Source: Cyanophora paradoxa CCMP329
Taxonomy: Eukaryota > Plantae > Glaucophyta
Assembly: GCA_004431415.1 (NCBI GenBank)
Contig: QPMI01000328.1
Location: forward strand, 1 to 62,969
Direction: 5' to 3'
DNA length: 62,969 bases
The notes below the pieces were generated by a model. The model was not told the DNA's origin, ran no database searches, and worked only from the letters and a program-made list of their open reading frames with translations. Positions within the stretch are counted from its first letter, which is position 1; the number at the start of each line of letters is the position of its first letter. Below, one piece after another: positions 36,440 to 48,739 of this stretch. The translations under genes and the position numbers were made by a program.

Positions 36440-37969
36440 TTAAGCCGCTCCCGCCGGAGCCGCCGGCGCTGCGGCCGCGGCAGCCGGCCCACCCGCCGCC
36501 TTGGGCCGCCCTCGGGCCGGCCGTGCAGGCGCGTTCGCGTCTCGCACGCGGAACGGGATCATGCAGTCGATATGCACGATCGTCTCACGGGTGTCGCGCG
36601 CCTTCTGGCGGCCGGCGCCCACCGCGCCGTAGGGCCGCGCAAGGCCACGTACGACGTACGTGTACCCGCCCGGGTGCACGCTCATGACGGTGAAAGGGCC
36701 GACCCAGGAGTTGAACAACCCCTTGTCACGGTCGCCCAGCCAGCACAGGACTTTGTCGCCCACGCCGAAGCGGCGGCGGTCCGGCAGGTCACCCGTCCGG
36801 TGCACCATTTGGCGGCGGTACCAGCGGCGGTACTCGCGCACTGCAGCCTCGCGGCTCTTCGCGGAACGCACTACGATTGACACGTAGTCGGCGTAGCTAA
36901 GGGTGTCGAGCATCTCGACCCCGAAGCGCACGTCCGCGGGCAGCGTGAGCTCGTGCCCCAGGTGCAGGAGCGCGGGCGAGTAGCCCGTGGCCGCGTGCAC
37001 GGTCGTGCGGAGCGCCAGCTGCACCTCGTGCACGTGCTGGTCCCACTCGTGCATCGGCTCGCGCTCGGCGCGGCACGCCGCGTGGAGCAGCGTCTTCACG
37101 ACGCCCCCCAGCCGCTCTACCAGCCCATTCGTCGAATGGTGGTACGCAGCGGCGTAAATGAAACGAGTCCCGAGCTTCCGGAAGTACTCGTTGAACGGGC
37201 CGCCCTTCAGGCTGGACCCGTTGTCCATGAGGAGGCGCAGCGGCACGCCCTCATTCGAGACGAAGTCTCGGCCCATTTCGAGCATGGACCAGCCGTCCAG
37301 GTCGGCTTTCGGGTACAGCCGCGTGTACTTGTCCCACGCGTTCACCCAGGCAACCAAATACCGGTTGCCGCGCGGCGTCGGGTCAAGGTGGAACACGTCC
37401 ACCTGCCACAAGTCATTCCGGCCCTCGGCCTCGATGACTGCGATCGCGGTTCGCCGCGGCTTCACAGCCTTGGCGAACTGGCAGCAATGGCAGCTCCGCA
37501 CGTAGCGAGCGACTGCCGCAAGCATGCCCGGCCACCAGAACCTCAGCAGGATCCGGCGGGCGACGATCGAGGCGCCGCGGTGGCCCCACCCATCGTGGTA
37601 CGCGTACAGGACGCGGTCCTGCCAGGACTCAGGCAGGACGGGCACGAAGCGCCCGTGGGGCGCGGCCGGGCGGCGGACGAGCACGCCGTCTGTGTCCACG
37701 TCAAATTTCTGGGCGAATTTGACGAAGGCCGCCTTGGCCTGACTGCAGAGGTAGCAGTCGCCCGTCTGGCAGGAGGCGCGCGTGCAGCGCGCCTCGTTCA
37801 CGCCGTTCTCGTGCCAGGAGAACAGCTTGCGGCACAGCGAGTCCGCCTTCTGCGCAGCGAGCAGCCGGACTCGCCGCGCGGGGAACATGTGGCGCAGGGC
37901 CTCGGGCAGGGGCCCGTCAAGGGAAGGCGGCGGCGCGCAATCCCAGGTGTCCTGGACCAGCTCCAGCAA
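36440..37969 (-). CDS. Gypsy integrase (part of pol)
   Basis: HHCC (HDGWGH...CHCC); DDE (WQVDVF, MDNG, NGLVER); GYSPA; C-terminal GPF motif (WVGPFTV). No chromodomain seen. Confidence 0.95.
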   Translation of the reverse strand: MLELVQDTWDCAPPPSLDGPLPEALRHMFPARRVRLLAAQKADSLCRKLFSWHENGVNEARCTRASCQTGDCYLCSQAKAAFVKFAQKFDVDTDGVLVRRPAAPHGRFVPVLPESWQDRVLYAYHDGWGHRGASIVARRILLRFWWPGMLAAVARYVRSCHCCQFAKAVKPRRTAIAVIEAEGRNDLWQVDVFHLDPTPRGNRYLVAWVNAWDKYTRLYPKADLDGWSMLEMGRDFVSNEGVPLRLLMDNGSSLKGGPFNEYFRKLGTRFIYAAAYHHSTNGLVERLGGVVKTLLHAACRAEREPMHEWDQHVHEVQLALRTTVHAATGYSPALLHLGHELTLPADVRFGVEMLDTLSYADYVSIVVRSAKSREAAVREYRRWYRRQMVHRTGDLPDRRRFGVGDKVLCWLGDRDKGLFNSWVGPFTVMSVHPGGYTYVVRGLARPYGAVGAGRQKARDTRETIVHIDCMIPFRVRDANAPARPARGRPKAAGGPAAAAAAPAAPAGAA

Positions 37970-39034
37970 GCGCGGCTTGCGGCGGTCTCGGACCTCGCCC
38001 AGCTCAGGGCCAGGGCGATGGCGCTGGACGAGAGGAGCTCCCGTTCCAGGCCCGCGGCTGGGCCGCCGCTCGAGCCGGCGTCGCCGCTCGAGGGCGCCTC
38101 AGGGGCAGCCGGCGGCTCAGATGAGCCCGCTGTCGCCGCAGTGGTCGACGCAGCCGCGGAGGACGACGCCGCCGGGGCGCCGCCCTCGGGCCCTCGTCGG
38201 GATCGTCCTGACGGGGGTACAGCGGCGGGCCGCAGCGCCAGTGGCGCGGGTTGTCGGCCTTGCGGGGCGTCTTGCCCCGGCGCGGGGCCTCAGGCGGACG
38301 CTGGTCGCGCGGCAGGGGCGCGACAGGCCCCTCGTAGCGCCGCGGTCCCGACGGGAGCCGGCGGCGTACGCGATCGAGGAGGGTAACGGGGAACCCGTCC
38401 TCGTCGAGCTCAAGCTCGGACGCCTCGCGCGGGCCTCAGGCCCCGGCACGGGCGGGGCGACCTCGCCATCGGAGCCCAGCTCCATGGGGTCGGCCTCGGG
38501 AGCCGGCGGTGGGCTCGGAGAGCGCGGGCCGGCGGCAGGCCCTGCTCGACAGCGAGGCGGTGCCACTCGTCAACCTCCTGCCGCATCGCGGCCCAGGTGG
38601 TCGGCTTGCGGCCGCGCCGGGTCGGCGGGCCGGCCTGCGGCAGCTGCAGGGCTGCGGGCAGGGGCGCCTCCTGCCCAGCGGCAGGGGCTCGGGGTTCGGG
38701 CGGCGCCGGGGCCCCTGGGGCTCGTCTTCGGCGTCCGCCGGCGCGGCTCTGGGCGCGCGCTCGGAGAGGGAGACGGGCTCATCGTCGGAGCCCTCTCGGA
38801 GGGCCTCAGGCGGCGCGCGCGTCCGGCGTGGACGCGGCCCCTGGGCGGGCTGGACGTCTCGCCTCGCGGCGGGAGCGCCCTCGAAGGCGAGCTGGCGCCG
38901 GAGACGGGCCTGTCGCCTCGCGACGAGGATCTCCGCCCGACTCGGCGGGGCCGCCGGCGTTTCGGCCTCGGCGGGCCCAGGCGCATGGGCGGGGCCCGGC
39001 AGCGCGGCCTCGTCCGGCTCATCAGCCAGCTCGG

Positions 39035-39805
39035 TCAGGCGGGGCCCGGCGGGGCTTCCACGGCAACCCGGGCGTCCGCAGCGCCCTCGGCGCCCAGAGC
39101 GACTGCAAACAGCGGCAGCGGCTCATCGAGGTCGCCGGGCTGGGGCACGCCATGCCCCGCAGCGCCAGCCAGCGCGTCAGGCGCGGCTGAGCTGCCGTCG
39201 GCGCCGCCAGGGGCGAGAACCGGGTGGTTCAACGGGGGCCGCGAGCAGGCGTCGGGCCCTCCGTTATTGCGCCCCGCGCGGTACTCTACGACGAAGTCGT
39301 AGGACTGCAGGAGGAGGGACCAGCGTCCCAGCCTCCCAAAGGTCGCCTCGCGCGAGCGCAGCCACTGGAGCGCTTGGTGGTCCGTCCGGACCAGGAACTG
39401 GGGCCCTCCCAAGAGGAAGTGCCGCCAGTATTTTATTGCCCATACAACCGCCAAGCACTCGAGCTCGGTGGCGGTGTAATTCCGCTCAGCGGGCGCCAGC
39501 GTTCGGCTGATGAACGCGATGGGCCGCTCACGGGCGGGCGAGCCGCCGTCGGACTGCGACAGGATCGCGCCGATGGCGTACGTCGACGCGTCGGTCGACA
39601 GGATGAAGGGCCGCTCGAAATCCGGGTACCCGAGTACCAGATCCTCGAGCAGGGCAGCCTTCAGCGCCTCGAAGGCGGCTTGGTGGACCTCGGTCCATTG
39701 CCACACGGCGTCCCGAAGCAGCAGGCGCTGCAAAGGGTGGGTGACACGGGCAAACCCGTTCACGAACCGCCGGTAGTACCCGGCCAAGCCCAGGAACGAC
39801 CTCAA
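39035..39805 (-). CDS. RT connection and RNase H (part of pol)
   Basis: [46 protein letters not shown]. Confidence 0.95.
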   Translation of the reverse strand: MRSFLGLAGYYRRFVNGFARVTHPLQRLLLRDAVWQWTEVHQAAFEALKAALLEDLVLGYPDFERPFILSTDASTYAIGAILSQSDGGSPARERPIAFISRTLAPAERNYTATELECLAVVWAIKYWRHFLLGGPQFLVRTDHQALQWLRSREATFGRLGRWSLLLQSYDFVVEYRAGRNNGGPDACSRPPLNHPVLAPGGADGSSAAPDALAGAAGHGVPQPGDLDEPLPLFAVALGAEGAADARVAVEAPPGPA

Positions 39806-40581
39806 TTGGTCAGCGTTCGCTGGCGGCGGGTACTGGCGAATGAACGCCAGCTTCGCGGGGTCCTGGCGGATCCCTCGGCCGAGACGAGGTGCCCGAGCAG
39901 GGCAACCTCAGCCACCCCGAAGCGGCACTTGGAGGGCTTCAGGCGCAAGTTCGCCGGCATGATTGCGCGGAACAAGGCCTCGAGGTCCAGCAGGTGCTGG
40001 GGCACGCTCGGCGAGAACACCGTTATATCGTCGATATAAGCGGTGACGCAAGTCGTGAGCAGGGGGCCGAGGATGGCGGTCACGGCGCGCGAGAAGGCGG
40101 CCGGCCCGTTGGTCACGCCAAACGGGGTCACGCGCCACTCGTAGTGGCCCCAGGGCACCACGAAGGCCGTGTACTGCCGGGACGCAGGGTCCAGCGGCAG
40201 CTGCCAGAAGCCCGCCGTCGCGTCGACGGTCGAGAAGATCATGGACCCCCGCAGGCGGTCCAGCTGATCGTCGATCCGCGGCAGCGGAAAGACGTCGCGC
40301 TCGGTGATTGCATTTAAGCGTCGGTAATCGACGCAGAACCGCCAGGTGCCGTCCTTCTTAGGAGCGAGCACGACCGGCGAGCCGTAGGCGGCTTGCGAGG
40401 GCTGGATCAAGCCCAGCTCAAGGAGCCGCTTTATTTCAGCACGGGCGAAGGCCTCGGCGTGCGGGCTTACACGCCGCGGGGCGTGAAGACGGGCAGCCGT
40501 GAGGTCAATCGGATCACGTGCTCGTAGTGGAGGAGGTTGGCCGTGCCCTCGGTGGCCGTGACCGAGTCGGCGAACGCGCAC
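39802..40581 (-). CDS. Reverse transcriptase (part of pol; frameshifted at both ends)
   Basis: [52 protein letters not shown]. Confidence 0.96.
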   Translation of the reverse strand: MRVRRLGHGHRGHGQPPPLRARDPIDLTAARLHAPRRVSPHAEAFARAEIKRLLELGLIQPSQAAYGSPVVLAPKKDGTWRFCVDYRRLNAITERDVFPLPRIDDQLDRLRGSMIFSTVDATAGFWQLPLDPASRQYTAFVVPWGHYEWRVTPFGVTNGPAAFSRAVTAILGPLLTTCVTAYIDDITVFSPSVPQHLLDLEALFRAIMPANLRLKPSKCRFGVAEVALLGHLVSAEGSARTPRSWRSFASTRRQRTLTN

Positions 40582-41195
40582 GAATAGCGCTTGAGCAGAG
40601 CCTCGAGCTCGGCGCGTTCAGCAGTGCTCATCGCCGGATGCGAGCCGCATTCCGGGATTTTAGCACGTGCTCGGTTCCACTCCTCCTCTTCGGAAGACGA
40701 CGTCCCCGTCGTTTCCGGAGGCGCCCGCGGGGGCCGCCATGGGAGGGTCCAGGCGCTGGGCCCGGAGGGCGGCTCGCAGCGGCGCCTTGCCCTTGTCCTG
40801 CCGCGCGCGGCAGAGGACTCGGCTGCAGAAGGCGCGCCCGGCGCGTCCGTGGTACGGACGGAGCAGCCAGGGCCGTCCAGCGGCGCTGGTGCCGTCGCGG
40901 GGCGGGCAGCAGCTGTGCTCGGCGCAGGCGCCGGCTGCTCGGCTGCGTCGGCAGCGAGATTTATTTGATCCCCGGAGGGATTGGTTGGGACTACGTTAGC
41001 CCCTTGACGCGCAACGCGCGCCGCGCGGGCGCGGCGGCGTGCGGCGCGCTCAGCGCGGCGGGCCGGCCGGGTTCGTTCACGCTCCTCTGGGGAGGTCCAA
41101 CCCGGGTACCCGACGTCGCGCTCGAGCTCCGAGTCGGTGTCGGACGACACCGGCTCATCGTGGAGCGCGAGGCCCTCCATCGTGACGATGGGACC

Positions 41196-44100
41196 TCATG
41201 GCCCTCGTCGTCGTCGTCGCGCATCATGCGGACAAACAGCGGAGGTGCGCTCGGCGCAGGCTCCTGCCCGGTGGCTGCAGTCGCATCGGACTGCCGGGCG
41301 GCGGGTGCCGCAAAGATAGGCCCGGGGCAGGGTGCTGGGGCGTCGGCGCGCCCTCAGCTGCCATATAAGCCGCGGCCGTTCGATTGGCCCGGCGACGCAT
41401 CGAGCGGAAGCCTTGGCCCGTTTAGGGTAAAAGGCTCGCAGCGTGCGGATGAAAGTATCGGCGACTGCGCGCACGGGCGCATCGTCTGGTGGCGGGTCAT
41501 ACCCGAAGTCGCCGGGCGGCAGGTTGTTAGCCTCCGCCACCGCAACAACGGCCCCTGCTGGCAGCAGGACGGGCTCATTGGCGGGATTTAATAGCCGCAC
41601 ATGCAGGCTGCCGCCCGCGGCTGGGCGCCGGTGCAGCTGGTGGGGCGCGAGTACCCGAGCGCCGACAAGGAGTCGGGCGCCGGCCCGACGGCGAGCGTCG
41701 GAGCCTGGTCCGCAGGCGGCGCAGGGCCGTCAATCACGCAGCGGACCATCCACTCGCGCGCGTCCTTCAGGACGACAGGGCGAAGGACCCGGACAAGGAG
41801 AGGCCCCTTCGTTTGTCCGGGCAGCAAAAAGGGATCACGTGGGGGCGGAATTGCGCGTCGCGCGCGTGCAGGCACCAGCCAGGACGGTGCCCACGTGGCG
41901 CCGTTCTCGGTGACGATGGGGCAGACGAGCGGGTGCATCCGCGTCCCCTTGTGCATCGGGTTCACCGGCGGCCGGCTGGACTCGTACCCCAGCGTAAAGA
42001 CGCGGGGCGGCAAGCGGTCGAGCTGGCGACGCGCCTCCGCCTCGGAGGGGTACTGCATCGCGACGTGGGCGGGGCCCAGCGTGACGCGGATGGCGTTCTT
42101 CCCGGCGGCGTCGCCGAGGACGTCGAGGGCGTTCGCATCGAGCTCAGCCGCGAAGGCACGCTCGGAGCTTAGGACCGGCTCGCCGGGGACGAGCATGCGC
42201 ACGCGCGAGTCGGCTTGCGCGACTACGCGGACGCCGAACTTGCGGCCGAAGCGCGGGTCCTTGAACGCGACCACGCGACTGCGCGGTGGTGCACGGTTCG
42301 GCCCCGCGTGGGGGTTGAACTGGTGCGGCCGGTGCAGGTACGCGTAGGACATGCGACACGTGTGGTGCATGACCGTGTTCAGCGTGGCGTACGCCTTCGT
42401 GATCGGCCCGTCCTCACGGAGCGGGAGAGCGGGCTCCGAGGAGACCCACTTAGTGATGTGCTCATCGAGCCCCATCATCGCGAGCACGTAGGGCAGGCCC
42501 TGGACGTCCGCACCCTCGAGGGTGGTCGGAGTCGGCGGGACCGGCGGCCCGTAGAGCAAAATCGCGGCAGGGATGCCGCGGTTATGCCCTTCGACGTTTC
42601 CAAGGACCGTCGAGGCGAGGCTGTGCAGAGCAGCATCGGCGTCGAGCGCGTCCGGGTGGAAGCGCGTTTGCAGGTGTGTGCCCGGGTTAAACACGGGGCC
42701 GCAGTCCCGTGGCCCGTTCTCGCCGCACATGAGAGTACGGAGGCGGGGGATTGCGCCCCAGGGCTGCTGCTCGGGCAACGTGTTGGTTGCGGAGCCCGCC
42801 CCGAGCGGGTCCGGGAGCAGCACGCAGTACTTTTCGCAGTACCGCAGGCGCTCGAGCGTGCCGTCGTACCAAGTGCGCGAGCCCGGAGGGGCTTGCGGGT
42901 CCGGAGCCGGGGCTCGGAGGACCGGCGGCAGCGGCGCTCGAGGCGGAGGCGGCGGCTGTGGCCTCGACCATGGGCGTGTCGCCCGCGGCGTCGCGCTCGT
43001 TCGCGCGAACGGCGCCGGCCCAGTCGTCGATCCACCGCACGAACGGCAGAGAGCGGATGACGACTTCCGCGCCCTCGACGGGGAAGTCGATTTCGCCCAG
43101 GGTCCAAGAGGCCCCTTCGACGGCGTTGTCGTACAGCCGAACCTCCTGGCTCAGCCAGGAGTCCGCGTCCATCTTTGCGGCGGCCCGCTGAACAACTTCG
43201 GAGATGTTCAGGTCCGGGGGTACATGGAGGCGAGCTCGCAGACGAGACCCTCGCAACCCGGGTGCAGCGCGCGGACGCGCCCGTAGAAGAAGCGAACTTC
43301 TTCGGGCAGCTGTTGTTCGAGTACGGAACAAAGGGCACGGTTCCCGGACCAGTGCGTCCGCTGAACCAGCACGACATCAGCCAGCGTGCGTGGGCAGGCA
43401 CGGGCTCGACGACATCAAGACCGGGCCCCGTGTTTTGGGACGCGCGCCAGCGGTCATTGACGTAGTATCCCGGCAGGCGGGAGACGTGGAACTCAAAGCG
43501 GTCCAGGAAAACCGCGTCCCAGTGGGAACAGGTCCACCGGTCCGGCTCCGTCGGAGCTCAGGGCGCGGGGTCAAGAGACCCGAGTTCCAGGCTGCAAGTT
43601 CGAACGACGCAACCGCGCGCCGTAGGAACCGCACGTTGGCGGGGTGCCGCTGGGGCACGCTCAGCTCAAGTCGCTCCCACGCCTCGCGCGAGGCGTCTGC
43701 GTGGAAGTGGCTAAACCGGCGCCACGGGGCTGCGCGGTTTCTGCTGCGAGCCAGCCCTGGAGTTCGGGTGGGCTCGATTTGCAGCAGGAGCGGGTTCTGG
43801 GCCTGCGTGAGGCCACTGTTCGCGAGCCACATGTGCTCGACCGACGTCGACCAGTTGGACGACGGGCGGGGCAACCGACGAGCTCGAAGAGCTTTGCGTC
43901 GATGCCGCTTCGGACGAAGAGCGCGTGCCACATGCGCTCACGGGCGTCGGCATCAATACCCGCATGCTCATCGGATTCCATGGCGTCTGGAGGCGGCGTG
44001 GCGGCGCCACCCTCGCCCTCATCCGACGAGCCGGAGCCCGGGTCCGAACTGCCGCTGGCGGCGGCGCGGTCGCCGGCGGGCGAGCAGGGGCACCGCGGCG

Positions 44101-46365
44101 GGCGCGCGAGCCGCTTCGTCCACGGCCCTCGGTGGTGCCGGCGGCTGCCGCAGTCGGCTTGCCGCGGCCACGGCGCGTGGTGGCGACTGTTCGGGCCAAC
44201 GCATCGCACGAAGCGATGATTTCGTTATGCTTGTCCCACACCGAACTGTTGGTGTGGGGCCCTTATAGCGCCGGCGCACTTCGCCGTAGACCAACCGCAT
44301 GCGGTGGGCCGGCTTATCAAGGAGTGTGGTGGCGTAAACGCCGGACTGCGACATGCAGTAGCAGACCCAGACGAACACACACCACGTGAATTCGCCATTG
44401 CGAGCGGCGGAATCCATTTCTCCTTGCAGCGCTTTCATGAGCCACAGGAACTCGGGGCTCGAGCGGCGCTCGTTCTTCACCAGGTCCGGCGGACCAAGGC
44501 GCGGGACGGCGCGGGAGGCGAGCAGGTCGAGCACGTCGACCTCGCGATGGTTATCGCGGCGGGGCACCGGATAACGGCGATCGAGGAACGCCTCGATGCT
44601 AGGCCCGCGCATCAGGGGTCGGCGTCCGGGTGGTGCCGGAACCGGAGCCCCTCGTCGGGACCGACGGGGCGGTCCACAACGACGGTGGGGCAGCGCGGTA
44701 CGTGCCAATCCCAGGAGCCAGTCAGAGAACAGCAGAGAGCTGAACTCGTCGGGGCGCCGCGGGTCAATGAGCCGGGCCATGCGCTGCACGGCGACGCGCT
44801 CGGGCACGTAGACAACGCGCCACTTGTCCAAATCGGAGCCGTGCTGGACGAGCTCGGAAAGGTTGACGAGCGGGGCTCGCCCGCACGCAGCGGGCGCGGC
44901 GCTCGGCCTGTGTGGCCAGGACGCGAGCGGCGACGGTGCCCTCGGAGCTCTTGTCGAAGCAAGCAGCGCCGGCGACCTCACGCAGCCTTGCGGCATACGT
45001 TTGGTACTGAGTGACGGGCGGAGCCACGTCGTGAGGGGTGATCCACTCAAAGAGGCTGTTCTTGCCAAATCCAGAGCCCCCGGAACGACCGTGAGGGTGC
45101 GGAAACGGATTATGGCCAGCAGCAACTGCACGCAGTATGCGTGGAAGTCGCAGTCCTCGTGGAGGATCTCGCGGGCTGCGGCGAGTGCCGAGCGCATCGC
45201 GTGATAGCCCGTCAGGGCCGGCGAGACCGGGGTATCGGGCGTCTCGTCCCAGTCCCGCGGGTCAAACGCCACGTCATACCCGTTGGCATTCTCAGCCAGT
45301 ATGCGGGGCCACTGCAAGCCCGGCTGGGCGAGCAGGTACGCGGACGCGACGAGAAGGGACAAGATTGGCGAGCGATCAGAGTCGCTAAGCCAACTCGCCT
45401 CAGATGCGAGGTCCCAGCATGCCGACTTCGGGGCGTGCTGCTCCCAAGCGGCGAGCAGATCGTCCCACGCGCGCGGCGACGCGGTGTCGAACTCGAAGGC
45501 GAGATCGGGCCAGACGACTTCGGAGTCGTCAGGCGGGGACCGACCCCAGAGCATGAGCCCGGGTCCTCGGGTGGGCGAACGCCGCGCGCAGAATTGCACG
45601 CATAGCGCGGCCGGAATCCGGGCCCTCATGCAGGCGGTGGTCCGTGCGGGCGACCACGGCCGCAGTCTCGATCACGCAAGCGAGGTTGTTAACCTCGGTG
45701 CGCTGAGTCAAGCGACCCAGGAGGAGACGGTCCGCGCGGTTCAGTCCGCAGGCGCCCAGGAAGCGATCGGCAACGATGCCGATCGTACCCTCGCCGGCAA
45801 GTTTGCGCACAAGCGGGATTTGCTTATGCCCCTCCATGCCGTTGGTGAAGAGGAGCCCGACGGCCCTCGACAGCGCGCGAGGCTCCGAGGCCAGCAGCGC
45901 GTACCACTTAGAGAGTGGCATGAGCAGGGGGCAATGCGGCGGACAATGAAGCGGCTGCCCTCGCGTTGCGAGTCAACGAGCACGCTCTCGGTGTGGTCGC
46001 CGGGCATGTACCGCAGCCCGGTGGGCGCGGACAGTGGCTTTTTCTCGACGTATTCGAGACCCGAGCCCTTGCCGCAGGGATCCAGGGGTCGGACTCCGAG
46101 CGGACGCTCAGTCCGTCGGCGTCGGTCTCGCCGATTTCCGAGTCCCCTGAGCCATCGTCGCTTGCCGGGCTGGCAAAGCGCAGGGCGGCCTCGAACTCGG
46201 TCTCACGCGCGGCGTCGTCAAGGGCGCCGGCGGCGAGGGTCGAGGCGGCCGCGTCGAAGGCGGCCTGGTCACGCGCCCGGGCGGCGATGACGCTGGCGTC
46301 GGCCGGCTGGCGCACGGCGGCGACGGGGACGCTGAGGTCCATGTCCGTCTCAGTGCCCACGGGCA
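41196..46365 (-). CDS. Large polyprotein segment of unknown function between Gag knuckle and RT (broken by frameshifts)
   Basis: Overlapping minus-strand ORFs (45908-46369, 45529-45921, 44019-45629, 43377-43931, 42687-43331, 41588-42823, 41196-41600) with globular composition. Only the last part (VRVLRPVVL...VRLLNPANEPVLLPAGAVVA) resembles the usual Gypsy pre-RT segment. Confidence 0.65.
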
Positions 46366-48251
46366 TCACGAGGACGGACTTGATCGACGGGTCGCCGCTC
46401 GGGCGCCTGGGCCGGGCTTGCTGCCTGCCGAGGAGGAGCTCGCGGCACGCGCGGCCTCGTGCAGGGCTTGCTGCTGCGACTGAACCAGCAGATGCTGGAA
46501 GAATTCAGCCATGTGGGCAGCGCCCGGGTTCGGCGGCTCGGAGCGCGGCGGATCGCCTCCGGCGCGAACTTGGTTGAACCGGGGCCGGGGCCCGCGGTTC
46601 TGCTCAGGGCCATAGCCGCGGCCACGGCCGCTCTGGGCGTTGCCCTGGGCGGAGGGGCAATCCCGGCGCATGTGGTCCAGCGAGCCGCAGGTCCAGCAGC
46701 CTCGCTGCTCATCCTGCTCGCTCGTCTCCTTACCCTTCCCCAGCGGGCGCTGGTTCGGGCCGGAGGCCGGGCCACGGCCGGAGCCGCCGGCGTAGCCGCT
46801 GCGGGCGCCGCCGCGGAACCCGCCGCGGGCTTGGAAACCGCCCCGGGGTACGGCTCCTGGCGGTGTCCACCGCGGTGGGCGTAACCGCCGCGGTTCGGGC
46901 CGGGGTCCCGCGCTCGTCGCGGTCGGGCCCTCGTCCTCGCGGGTCGCGCGCTCGCGGCGCTTCAAGCCCGCCCGCTTCTCAGCGATCCCCTTCACCCAGT
47001 CGGCGTACGGGATGCCGGGGAACGGGGCCGTGCCCCACGCGCAATTCCACGTAAAGTGGCAGCGGTCGAGGGCCGGCATCTCCACGTGCATGCACAGGGG
47101 CATGGCGTCGTGGTGGTGCACGGGTACCCAGGTTTTCCTCGTCCGGGTGCCGGCGGCTCAAGACGGGGCGCCCGGCGGCGCCTTGGTGCCGGGGCGGCGT
47201 GCACCGATTTCGTCGGGACGGCCTCGTCAGGCTCGTCCTCGTCATCGGCCGCCACGGCCATTTTGCGCACGCGGGGCGCTTGGTCTCAGGCGCCTCGGGC
47301 GCGACCATGGCCTGGGGTGGCAGCACGGTACGGCAGCCGTGCGTCTCGCATGCCTGGAGGAATAGATCGTCCAGCTGGAGCGGCGACAGGGCGCCGTCCA
47401 GAGCGAGAATGCGCTGGTCCAGCGCAGTGAGGAACTCGCGCAGCGTGCGCTCGTTCAGCTTCGCGAACCCGGCCATCCGAACATCAAGGTTCTGATATTC
47501 CGGGTCCTCGCTCGTCGCACGGGCCTCAAGCGCAGTGCGCAGGCACTCGGCGTAGTACACGGCGAGGCGCTGGCCCGTCGCAGCGTGTGCCGGACGAGAG
47601 GCAAGAACCAGTCGTGCCATGAGCGCGGATCCTCGCCCGTGTAGGGCTCAGTGAGGGCCCGGCGGGCCGCGTGCGGGCGCGCCTTGTGGATCCACGCCGT
47701 GATCGTGTCTAGCAGCCCGGGGCACGCAAGTACGCATCACGCGTGGCCACGATTGAGGCCTCATCACGCGCGCAGCTCTGCTGCAGCGCGAGGATCGTGG
47801 CGTCGTCATCGGCAGAACGCAAGTTCGCCGGGACGAGCTCAAGGCGCCGCAGCGTAGCGCGGTCACGCTCCAGGCCAGCAATAGAGGCCTCATAGAGGTC
47901 GCGCTTACGCTCGATTACGGCGCGGAGGGCGCCGGGGCGGATGCGCCCGACGATCACTCCGGCAAGAGCCTCGGACTTAGTATACTCCTGGCCGCCGCAG
48001 CGTCGGGGCCAAAGAGATACTTCGTCGGCTGCGCCGACTGATAGTTCCGGACGTCCTTGCGGAACCGGTCACCATCGGCGAGGCGGGGCTGGGCGGGCAA
48101 GAATCCGATCCGCGCGGGATCGTCATCAGCCACAGCCGAGGCGCGGGGCGGCGTACTGCACAGCAAGTTCGGCCTTCGCAGGCTCAACATGCGCGAGCGC
48201 AGACAGCTGGCTCCGGACTTCAGAACTAAGAAGTTCCGAGGAGTTTGACAT
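46366..48251 (-). CDS. Gag-like region with RGG boxes and CCHC zinc knuckle (frameshifted)
   Basis: CWTCGSLDHMRRDC knuckle preceded by RGGFQARGGFRGG. Upstream fragments chain by single-base shifts to a probable ATG at 48251 (MSNSSELLSSEV). Confidence 0.75.
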
Positions 48252-48714
48252 GTTGTTCTCTTTGCAACGTAAAGCCGCAAGAACAAGATGCCGGGGAGAG
48301 CACTAGGCGCGGGATTTGATCTGCAGCTCGCTGCAGAATCCGGCGCGGGGATCTCGCGGTCACGCAAGAGCGCGACTCAGGACACTTAGAGAGCTGCTCG
48401 CAGCAGTCTCCGTGGCACGGTTGCTCGCAACCGGCGATGGACAGGCAATGATGAGACTCTCGAGAGAGAGCTCGGCGCGTGCGCTTCGGTCTGGGGATGA
48501 CCCGAAGCCCGCGATAGGCACTAGAGACGTTTCCGGTGCACTACCGTCCAACCGCAAGCGGTACAGGGCGGCGCACTCAAACGCAAAGCAACCGTGGGGA
48601 CGGCGCTCGCGCGGAAAGCAGGTCTCTGGCTCCAATAGACACTGGGCAAGGCGGCGCAGCGATGCGCGCTGCGCGGCGGGGCTGGGGAGAGCGATACGGA
48701 CTCAGACCCTTGAA

Positions 48715-48739
48715 GGTTCGATTCCGGCAGAATGGCGCC
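48715..48739 (-). other. Primer-binding site (25 nt, complementary to a tRNA 3' end through the T-loop)
   Basis: Plus strand GGTTCGATTCCGGCAGAATGGCGCC directly abuts the 5' LTR. Confidence 0.85.

Noticed and set aside
39030-39040. In-frame TGA after RNase H as possible selenocysteine or readthrough codon
   Set aside because: A shifted frame ([12 protein letters not shown]...) reads more plausibly, consistent with the other single-base indels; no SECIS identified.
36440-48251. Programmed ribosomal frameshifting as the explanation for broken ORFs
   Set aside because: Too many shifts, some inside the RT region, and no consistent slippery heptamer seen.
48690-48739. Possible tRNA gene (GGTTCGATTCC)
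   Set aside because: Only a 3' fragment; no matching 5' acceptor strand, D arm or anticodon arm. Its position defines it as the PBS.
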